Source: Phoronis australis
Taxonomy: Eukaryota; Animalia; Phoronida
Reading direction: 5' to 3'
DNA: 64,000 bases
Assembly (NCBI GenBank): GCA_002633005.1
Contig: NMRA01000009.1
Coordinates: forward strand, 1,867,366 to 1,931,365
The position numbers and the translations under genes are program-made. Each line of letters opens with the position of its first letter. Within the stretch, counting starts at the first letter, position 1. The notes below the pieces were generated by a model, which did not search any database, was not told the DNA's origin, and saw only the letters and a list, made by a program, of their open reading frames with translations. Below are positions 13,047 through 25,000 of the stretch, piece by piece.

Positions 13047-16000
13047 CTGTAAAGGATAAACAATTTTATCTCATTACTTCTGTGTGTTGCGTTTCTTAAC
13101 TCAATTTACAATGGGAGCAGCAGACAATTACAATGACCTGTTGTTAAAACAAGAGCAGCCCGAAGTTTTGACATCCACTCATGACATAAAGGGTGTTACT
13201 TATCAAACATTCACTCATTAGTCAACTTAAAATTAAGTCTATGACAGGCAGTGGCAGTCATCTGAAAATTGACAAATGCAATCCTGTAAGGTATCCAAAT
13301 TGGTGCAAATTAATGCAAAAAGTAAAATTTATTCCAACTGCGAGGCATAGTATTGTCAGATTCTTTAACAATTTGGCAAGTCACACATATCTTTGTATAC
13401 TACATTCCATGAAGATCCTTTGTGAAATCTTTAAGAAGCTCAGGGTGGTCAGTCAGATGTAAGGCTGTTGTACACTACAACAGGGATGACAGCAACATGC
13501 ACCGTATATTTTTTTAAATTTGAGTGCATAATTAACTGAAACTTGCATACTGTTATCCTTTTACTGCATTTATTTTCTGAAAGACCAGTCGTACTGAAAC
13601 TAACAAAATCTAGACAACCAATACAAGCTAGGTCTCTGGCAGGTCTGTGATGCGTTTATAACCGCAGAACAAATGACTGAGATTTTTGCCATATGGTAGG
13701 GATACTTCAGATAGGCCCATCTTCCCAAAGTCATTGTGTGTCCACAAAAAGCCCTCAGAGGGCACCATCAAAGAATAGTGGTGCCCTCTTTTGGAAACTC
13801 GCATTGCATACCACAGCACCATCTTTCAGCACTGGGCCTTAAAAGTGTTGCAAGATATATAAAGTAAGTGACTACATACTGATTTTTTTCTTCCTAGCAA
13901 CCATGCAACTGAATCAGATAACATGCTTGTAAAAGCCATTGATAATTCAAAGGTGATCATACTACAAGCTGTTAGTTTTCGGAGTTTTTGTCAAAGGTGG
14001 AATGTTTACCCGTACAGTCAAAGGGAGTCAAAGAAACACTGGTCATGTATTTGAAACACAAGCCACCTTAACATGGCGCAATGCAGTTTTACCAAATCAA
14101 AATTAAATGTACGTACCTAAAATTTCCACTTCCAAACCATTGGATGGTGAAAACTTTAACAACTCTCGTAAAAAAGACGCCAAATAAATGAACACACGTC
14201 TGTGGTAGATTGGTAGCTTCAAAACCAACTGAAATTAAAATAAACATACATTATGAACAAAACAAGTAATCTATATTTATTATCATAATGATAAACAGTT
14301 AATGTCTCAGCTGGACATTCCACATTACATGCCATTGCATTACTTGATGACTCCATCCATTCATTATAACACCAGATTTCCTGAGTGTAAACTGTTTGAA
14401 GTCCTATTATTATCATAATCATTAGCGGAACAAAACAACTGAAAATCTGAGACTTTATCATTGCAATGGAACTGATCTTTCAGATGATCATATTTATAAT
14501 CTCACTAGATTTACTGACTTCCAATATGTTTGTTTCTAGTCACATCATTATCACTATTGATATTGCAATAATGTAGCACTGGCAGAGCAATGAACACCGA
14601 GTCAATCATGTGTTTAGTCATGTGATTAAGGGCCTCTCTCATCAAGTTAACTATGTTACACAAAGAGCGTCCATGTTGACTTGATGAGCTTTGAATGTGG
14701 AACCCTTAGCCCATTACTTTTAGGAACAATCAGGCAGTTCAGCTTCAAAGGGAAGGCAACCACTTATAGGGTAAAAAATTATGACTTTCTAGTAAATGAA
14801 ATTTCATTGGGGAAGTATGCATGTGATTCTAGAAGTGATGCTTGCAGCCTAAATCATTCCATGCTAGCTTTGTTCATGCAATGATTCATTGTAAATACTA
14901 TTTTCCAAAAGTTGCTGACATTTTCCCTCAGCGAGTATTCTTGGACAATTCTAAATTGGACTGGATCTCATTCTTTAAGTTGTAGTGGAAGGATAATGGC
15001 TGGAGTAAGCGACCACAAAAACATGAATCTGGGACACAATAAAACTGATCTGGTTGTAAGCCTAGGACACTGTAGTGACTGTTCAGACAAGAGACACCAA
15101 CTTCACAGCTTTGGGTCACTATAGAGGCTGCAGCTTGCAATGCTTCACATTTTAACAAGAGTAACGCGGGACGTTGAAATATGTCCATGACTGCATAGCA
15201 AATGGAAGGCTTCTAGGGTTGTTTATTTGAATCATAAAAATGGTCAATAGATGGTGCAGAATACCTTGAACCTGTCCAAAAATGTAGACATTGCCCTTTC
15301 CAGAATAGAATATTGCTTATTAAATTTCATGAAAATCTGTCAAAGAACTCTGAAGATAGAGGCGGACGTGAAAAATAATCAAAAACACATTTTAATTAGG
15401 AGGCAAAGCAGAAGCTGCGTTTGTGCTCTCATCACACTAAAGAGTTCTTATTGGATGCTACTTCCTACTGGCAATCCCAACAAATAGGCTTACCTGTTTA
15501 CACATATTGAAGTTAGTGCAAAACTCAAGGCACTTATCGTACAGCGTGAAGGGTATGACTGGCTGAGGGAGAGAGTCAAGGAACACGAGTAGAGCTTCAG
15601 CAACAGAGTGTATACTGGCTGGTAGTAACTCAGGTACTCCTGTGTCCAGAGCATCTCTGATGTCACATGTCTCCTGGTGTAACCCTGGCTGTTGGAACAG
15701 GAACTCCTGAAAACAAGGTGAAACATAGTCATCCTCTCATATACTCATAATTGGCAAGCGAATTACAAAAACCTCCTGTTCAGTTTCAACTCCAGCAGTT
15801 TCTAAAGCGAGGCTCAATCCAGATATCAATCTAGTCCATTGTTGAGCATCCCGTGCTCTTTTGCCTGGCATCATGGCTCTCAGACCAGTTATACATCATT
15901 CACCAATAGACACTGGAGGAGAGAAACCTAATGAATCTAATTTGGCTGAGTTTTATCCAAGTTTTTCCAACTTAATATTCTTTTATGAAGAATTCAAATT

Positions 16001-19000
16001 TCGAAATGTAACAGTTTGCAAGACCACCAGTTTTTGTGTTTTATTGCTATGAAGCAAGCTTCTTGATGACGGCATAACTTGAACAAATCCATTGACAAAG
16101 TACAAGGGTCCATGAAATGACCGAGTTTCTAATGACAACCAAATATTAGTGCATACTCTAGCCAATTCTGACTGCATGAACAACAAAGCACATAAAACCA
16201 CAACAGGAAGTGCGATACTTCAGGTCAAAAGGCACCGTGAATTGTCCATGTGAGCATTAAGCTGTGAATACTGATAACCATGTGTATTACGAAGGAGTCA
16301 GACAACAAGTTGAACACAGCTGACCAAAAACTAGGATGTCTTTGCTGCATGAACAATAACAGCCAGTGTACAAAATGCTTGCGTGATATTCTCCAGGGCA
16401 ACCTGAACGTCACGCTTGGCCCAAACACCGTGCGACCAAGAAAGCACCCACTTCACACACACTATAGACATCCAGAAAGTGCTAATCAAGTGGCCTTTCC
16501 ATATATTCAATGGATTCCTGGCATTAAAAGAGAGAAAATTCTAACGAAGAAATTTTTATTAGTTTTGAGTCACAGGCTTTGAATTCTAATTCTGACTGCC
16601 ATTAAAATGACACACAACACTAATTACATCAAGGGAAAGTGGCAAAGCTTAAACTGAAATATATCTGCTCTGCAGTGTTCTACTGATTCACTCAGTGAAC
16701 CCACATCACCATGGTGTTATTATATGTAATTAGGAGGAATCAATAAATCTAGTACTGGACTTACGGTACGTGGAGATGGCTACGTTGCGTCCTCCTATCG
16801 AGGACGTAGCCATCTCCACGTACCGTAAGTCCAGTACTAGATTTATTGATCCTTATACTATGACCCAATTGGATGACTGAAAACATTCATCGTATTGTAA
16901 TTAGGAGGGTGAACTGGCATTAGTTTTATATTTTGGGCTAGGAGGGGGTAACTAGTGCACACAGAGGCTTCACATTTTGCAGACGGTTGTAAATAATGGG
17001 TCTGTTTTACCCACAATAGGTCTTTCAGTACTGACACCATGGACAATGAAAGTAGTTCTTTGCAAACCCTTCTCTTAGTCATACAACTGCCCCAGTTGGA
17101 CTGTGTAACTAAACACAGCTTAACAAATGGTTTAGGGTCCTGGCTGAGCAGATAATTGTTTCATTAACCCCTATGGAATCTGAATAGTCAAGCCTGGAAT
17201 GAAAAGACAACCCGTACATGTGTTTTTCCATAAGTGTTTATGTGATCCACCATCCTCCAGAGCTCCTTAGGTATCAATAGAGGTCTGTCTGTGTGTCCCT
17301 CCAATAAAGATTCAGCATTCACGTGCTCCTGGAAATACACAACATGCATAATTTGCAGGTACTATAACTCAACTTATCAACAACATCATCGCTCTACCGC
17401 AATTCTCAAGTCAAAACTGGATTTTCTCACTGTCATTTTGGATCTTGGAAGGGGTAACTAGTCGGAATAGTGACTTAGAATTTTGTGGATGGTTCTGAAT
17501 CATAAGTTTCAATAGGCGTTTTGAAACTGAAAAGCAAGGTCAGTGAAATTAAATATTTAAGAACCCTACTCTTAGCCATACTACTGTCCCAAGTTGGACT
17601 TTGTTAGTAAATAAAGCTTCACAAAGTTTTTATGGTCCTGGCTAAGAAAATAATTTCTTTATTACCCCCTATGGGCTTTAAATAGTACAGCATGGGACGT
17701 GACCTTGAACACGAGGTCAATCAAGCTCATCAAAGTTATCTGATGCCTCAGTACGAAATATGAACATAAGCTCCGCATTTCTTGAGATATAGCATCAAAA
17801 CATTGTGTGATGTACAGATGGACAAGTGGTCATGTATGGTAATGTATACCAGGGGACACATAACATTGTGTGATGTACAGATGGACAAGTGGTCATGTAT
17901 GGTAATGTATACCAGGGGACACATAACATTGTGTGATGTACAGATGGACAGGCGGTCATGTATGATAACAGATGGACAGGCGGTCGTGTATGCTAACGCA
18001 TGGCAGGGGACAGAGAGAAACAGAATCTGCAAGGTTTGTTAGAAAAACTGCGTAAAATATGGCAATATCCGTGAAAATCATGATTTTTGAGAAAAAATAA
18101 TCATGCGGTTACAAACATCAGGACATTGCAGTCATGACATTATAACAACCTGTAATCATCATTAAAAAGTTTCATGGTCTACTACTTAATACTATTAAGA
18201 AATTCGATCCTCGGGCACAAAAGTAGGTAATTACCTCAAATTCAACCTTAAAATAGACTATTTAAAGCTGCATTTTGCCATTTAGATGGCTAAAAAGGAA
18301 AATCAAATTAGGCCTTTCACTCTTAATAAAATTGGCCTCAGGACATTCTTTACTGTAAAGGGATTCTACTTTTGTCATCAACAAGAACATCAAAACCATC
18401 ATTTATGTACGCATTGTCTGTGACTCATAGTTGAGTATCATGACTCACATGACAATATCCACCACAGTTCAACCACTTACACCATTCATCAACTAGTAGC
18501 AAAAAAAATTAAAATGAATGCATGTTTTTGGCTAAATTTCATCATATTTATTTGCCTTTGTGTGAAAATTATTCTAACTCAGCTTTTAACGAGGAATTCA
18601 ATTTCAGAAGCTAAACAGTTCGAGAAAGATTTAGTCTATAATATGTCAGTTTATTGCCGTGAAGTCATGACTAATTCGGTAATTTCTCTACTCTTTTGTG
18701 ATTTGAGGTAGGTTTATAGCTTACCAAATTGACCAAATCAGCCACAGGAACATCTCTTATGGGTTGATGCATATTCACAAGTGCATCTATGGAGGAACCA
18801 AAGCAGCTGGGCACAAAGTTCCCTGACACAGTGATCTAGGTCACAGTTAAGGATGATGAAACCAAAGAAATGTCATCATTACTAACTAGGAATGAGCCTG
18901 CGATGAAACATGAAAACTGTAACAGTTTCATGAATCATAGTCTAGCGCAAGCTAATAAAGTCAGATATAACTCTTGATTTCCACTTGACAGCTGATTTTT

Positions 19001-22000
19001 CCAAGTCTCCCAGCACTCTTTCGGAAATGTGTGTTTCTAACCTTACAGCCATGACAGATCAAGGAATTCAAATTTCAAATACCAGCCAACTCTATAAGCT
19101 CAAAATACTGGGGAAATTCATGAACTTTCTGCCATCTTAACAAATATTTTTCCAAGACAAAAAATGGAACTTTATATTAAAAGAGGACTCAAGATGGCAT
19201 GGGTTGAATTGTACCAGGGAATCTCTGGAAATGGAGATGTGTCAATAGTATTGCAGGGAAATGATAATTGTCTGCCATAATAAGACTGCCTTACCAAAAG
19301 TCTGGTGTTTTTTACACAGTTAGTGCATGACATATAAGAGATTGGACTTGAACCAAGTAATCAGAAAAAGCTAAACAGTAACATCCAAGAGTGGCATTCT
19401 ACTTGATTTGTTTTTCACACCTAAGACTTATTAATTAGCTTAACCCAAAATAATTCCAGCAAAATCATCTGAAATAAAAAACTGCATTTAGATAAATGAA
19501 AAACGATATCATGATATTTCAGTTATTGATAAATGTCTTATGAAAGGATACCAAAAGACACACCAAAAATGCATGTTTTTTCAACCCTGTTTCAAAAAGT
19601 GGCATCCCACTCTTTCTTGGTGGGGTTTCTTTTGGGAATACCTGGCAGTGTAAACTTGAGATGAAAAACAAGTGCCACGCCTAAACACACTGATGTCTGG
19701 TTAGCTTACAAGAACAGTAGTGGCGACATGATATCTGAACTTAATGGTCTTGGCAGGTTCTACTGGGTCAAATGGCTGAGTCATCTGATTGGTTCTTGAT
19801 GAAGACTTTTGGTTAATAATAACAAACCATTCACATGTCTCCGCTCACTGGTTAACTCAGCGGAACCGGCCAAGTCAATCAGAGGTACCAAATGAGAAGG
19901 ATACAAAGAAGTCTTTTCCACCCTCTAAATGCAGCACTAGAATATCCTCAATCCGGTCATCACCAGCATTTAGTTTAGCAGCTGTCTGTTCATTCACATA
20001 CACCTCAAACTGTATTGTACACTCCTTGCCTAGCAAAGAAAATATTACACAGTTATGCACTTAATGTTATTTGTACTCATAGATTTCAACTAACTGCAGA
20101 CATGTTATACTGCAAACTAGCACGCTCACTTGGGTCGGTTGAAATTTCTGGGCAAACAACAAATTAGTGTTTATTTGCAGTTGGCATGACTTGTGATTTC
20201 ACACATTGATCTGATGGTGTTAACATAAGAGATTCTTAATGAAACAAGACAACTGTTTTCATTGTCAAGGCAATTGCCTATTCAAATTGGTTAGAAAAAT
20301 GTTGTCCAGTTTACAGTCCATATGTCCCTAAAGTCCCTGTCCTTATAGTTCAAAAAGTCCCTCTCCTTATAGTCCATAAAGTCCCTCTCCTTATAGTCCA
20401 TAAAGTCCCTGTCTGTATAGTCCATAAAGTCCCTGTCCTTACAGTCCATAAAGTCCCTGTCTGTATAGTCCATAAAGTCCCTGTCCATTTTGCTTTATGG
20501 GGTTTCTCATAGTCTCTTGGCTCAAGAAAATAAGGAACAAGTATTGTGCTTTCCAAACCAAACTGCAGTGAAGTGAGTCTTTAGATATACCTTTAACCTG
20601 GCAGCTTCAAAGAAAAATAGGACAACATTTTCCTGAACACTCTTTAGAAAATTTAGACAGCATTCCTATGCTAAGACTGGAGTTACGTCACACAGTTGGC
20701 TCTACTCTTTAAAACGTTTACTGCTTTAATACTCACCTGGTAATACGCAGGTCTTGAATGGTTTAATGTCTAGCCACGGCTTACAGTAGCTGTCCTCATC
20801 TAACTTTGTGATGAAGACAAACTCAGCTGGTACTTGTCCAGTGTTGGCCAGTGTAATAGTCCTCACAACAGGCTTGATGAACAGTACATCACCAAAGTTT
20901 AGCTGAAGAAAGAAGGGGTACCCTCATGATACAAAACGGCCACTATCTGTATGATGGGTACAGCACGTGTACAGCCACTATCTGTATGATGGTACAACAT
21001 GTGTACAATCACTATCTGCATGATGGTACATGTGTACAATCACTATCTGTATGATGGTACAACATGTGTACAGTCACTATCTGTATGATGGTACAATATG
21101 TGTACAGTCACTATCTGTATGATGGTACAACATGTGTACAGCCACTATCTGTATGATGGTACAACATGTATACAGCCACTATCTGTATGATGGTACAACA
21201 TGTGTACAGTCACTATCTGTATGATGGTACATGTGTACAGTCACTATCTGTATGATGGTACAACATGAATACAGTAACTATCTGTATGATGGTACAACAT
21301 GTGTACAGCCACTATCTGTATGATGGTACAACATGTGTACAGAATTCTAAGGAAAAAACAACTGTAGTAATTTCAGAGAGAACAATATTTAAATAAACAA
21401 AACAATTGTGCTAATATATGCGCACAGTGTCCACTGCAAACAAACAAGGAGTGATCATCATTTCAGACATTCCCACCAGAGGAAGCACTCTTCAAACCGT
21501 GCAGAATCTCATCAAGATTCTTAATAATGACAAGTTTAAATGGCTACAAATGCCACCTTCAGTCACAAAAATAACTTGTGAGTTACTGCTTTGAAGTTGG
21601 TTTCAAGTTATGTGAGAAGACTACGAGGCAGCCAGAGGTATGTTCAACAGCAGTTGCATTAATCAACAGATATTGAGATGTTAGTAATTTCTGTGCTTGG
21701 AACTTCGAATGTTATTGGTTGAGACAGAGCTCTAATAGTAGGCTTGCCACAGCGGGTCAATAGGTGCACCGAGCGTGTCAGGAATCACTTCCCATCTGAG
21801 TTTCATGAGAAACATCTTTCGTTTTGTGCCAACTCCAAATAGTGGTTTCCTAGTGCAGATATCAATCCAGTACAATGTGCAGTCTCTGGTCTGGCATCAT
21901 GACTCACACGCTAATTGTCTGTCATGCTTCAATGAGTGACTAAAACTCAGAGGAAATGAGTATGGTTGAACACAACCTCGTTGAAAATACTGGACAACAA

Positions 22001-25000
22001 ACTATGACAAATTTCTATTATATTCATTGCCAGAAAATGTTCTTAATATCCCAATATTTCAAGAGGCATTCAACAGGTATTTCATCCACAGCAAAGCTTA
22101 CTTAATAAGCAGCACTGATGTTGTTTAACAAATGCATTGTGGGATAGTTGACACAGAAAACGTGGAAACAATATGACAGATAACAACACTTTGTTACAGA
22201 ACTTGAGTTGATACATCGAATGAATACATAGAATTTTAGCAAATCTTTTGAGCCAACAATTCTTAAGACAGATGCCATCCAATAACGCTAAAGTAAATCT
22301 CACAATCTAAAATGCCAGACTGGGGTTCTGCATACCTATGAAAATTGTGAGAACACAATATCACACAAAGTTGTAATTACAAGCACTAGAAATATACCTC
22401 CATTACATCCAGAGACACCTGTGGTAAGAACTCATTCTCCAACCTGTCCAGAGTTCTCATTACCTCCTCATACACTCGCCTGTACCTCTCATTATTGATA
22501 ACCATCACCTGTGACACGAGTAACAAAGTACCATTTGATAGTGAGTTTGCAGTACATTCAACAATTGGAATACAAATCAGGTGCTAAACATTGGCCTAAA
22601 GGAAGCTAACAATTGAAAATAGCAGAGAATCAAAAAACACAGGTCAGTAGAAAATTTAGGTAATCGAGTCTCAAATGTTTTGAGAACAAAAATTTGCACG
22701 TCAGATCACTTTCAGGAAAGACTTGATCGTATCGTATCAACAAGTATTGGAAGCTGAGACAAGCACGGGTGTGAACAAAGATGAGAATGGTATCTTCGCA
22801 AATAATTAAAATACAGTACTTTGAGACAAGACAGGTTTATAGCACTTTCAAGAACAATAGTCGATAAATAAACTTACATCGATTTCAAACACAGCACTGA
22901 CAGGCTTGTGATCACTCAGTCGATGTATCATATGACTCCTGTACTCTAGGTTACGAATAGATGTANCCCCTCCATAAGATACGGTCACACCAGGCTGGAC
23001 ATCGACATTTCTCACTGCAACAATCGTTTGGAAGTAATTTTCATGTTGTTGCCATGCAGAAAGACTTCAATTAGAATACCAAAATACTGGACAGACTGAG
23101 CATTCAGGGGTGTTGTGCTCACCAAGGCTAATTAAAGCGAACCAGTGTGGAGACTTACCTGAACTATCAATCCGTGGAAGCCCAAGGCCAAGCAGAAACA
23201 TTCACTCGTGTTATATTTTGTAGCGGACATACCCTTTGCTCACAGCTTTAAAGGAGAAACTGATGGTGTATTCAAACTGCAGTCTATGAGAAAACTAGAT
23301 GGCCATTTTTTCTCTAAGATAAACGTGTCACATGGAAGGCAACTGTTATGGCCGCGTACACAAACAAGTTCTGAAATAGTTGCTCAGTTTGTTGTCCAGT
23401 TGAAGTGTCAAGTACACAACACGCACACACTTTCATATCGTAGGGACATATAAATGGTATCTGAAAAAAATGGGCAATCATACCACAAATTAATAAAGTA
23501 TATGTGTGCGTGTGTGTGTGTACGCGCATACAAGGGGAGAATGCGAATGTCTCACTTTTTTGTCTTCTCTTGTACAAATTTAATATTTCTTCATATTTAT
23601 TTATTAAAATTATTTTAGAAATCTGAGATTTGTATGACCACTTCTGTCTGATTTCATAAGGCAGAGTGATTTTAAAAGTGTGTTAGAGAACACGCTGACC
23701 TTGAGTCCCAGTTGTCCGTACCGACGTCATATTTGTATGTAGGCTGGAACAGGATGGGCGCCTCTTGGAAATCAGTGAACACTCGCTGAGCTTTCTTTTG
23801 TTGGGTCAGCTAAGGAACAACCAAACCAAAAAGGTATACTACATAAAAACACAGCCCATCTTATAGTTTAAGGACATAACGCAGTAGACTAACAATCATA
23901 TGGTGTAGCAATGACATTTTTTTAGCACAACAGTATTTTCAATCACCTGGACACTTTAGCTTTAACTGAATGATGTTGAGTGAATTCAAACTATCCATCT
24001 TATTTGCACAAAAATGATTAAATGGCACAACCATGTCACAGTAAAAACTTTAAAAATACAAGCGCTAAATAGACGAAAAATTCCCCATAGCAAGCAGTTT
24101 TCGGGTGAAAATTAAAGCTATTCGAGAACAGACGTTGGAAGGAACATTACACTAAATATCAAATGAGTTTTTGGTATTTTACACTCTTGTGGTGCTGAAG
24201 TCTTTTGATCGGACTTGCAATACAACCTGTGGAGGGTAATTTGGTTTAATTTACAGAATGGTTTTAGGTAGGTGAATAAGTTGGTCTTTTGGCGACTCAA
24301 AGAAAGAGGGGAGGCTGTGGGGTTTCGACATTCACTCTGATAGCTGTTATATCCAAATGCCAAGATAATACAATGCTTTGGATTTTGACGAGCATAGCAG
24401 AACTTTGTACTTTACAGAAACAAGAGCCTGCACATAGTAGATGATAATCTTCACCTGGTCATATTCCAAAATCTGTTCAAACATGTTGTTGTCAATGGCT
24501 GCCTTGATCTTATCATTATTCAGTTCAGTCACACGGTAGTTAAGATCACCAATCCAAAAGACAACACTGCAACAAAAAGCACAACATACTCAAGCCAAGA
24601 GATATAGAACATGATAACTATTGCAATAGCTATGTCCCTCCTGTACAGAAAAAAGCACCTTATACAACACCGATAATAGGGATCACCATTATTTTTCAGA
24701 CTCACTAAAGGACTCAGAAGCTACTAAAAATACAAAATCACCACTATAGGACGCCACAGTTGTCAGACCTGTCCAAAAATCAACATCAGCCATTATCATC
24801 AGGAACACAACTGCTAAGTTCAATAATGATTTTAAAACATTTTAGTGAATAAAAAGGTGTGCCATCATAAGCGTCAACCCCTGGGTAACACGCTCATCTT
24901 GTGCCACCACTAGAGGACGCCACAGTTGTCAGACCTGTCAACCCCTGGGTAACACACTGATCTTGTGCCACCACTAGAGGACGCCACAGTTGTCAGACCT

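Noticed and set aside
20938-21341. 34-bp repeats of CRISPR-like length
   Set aside because: Head-to-tail with no unique spacers, no cas genes, and in a eukaryotic intron.
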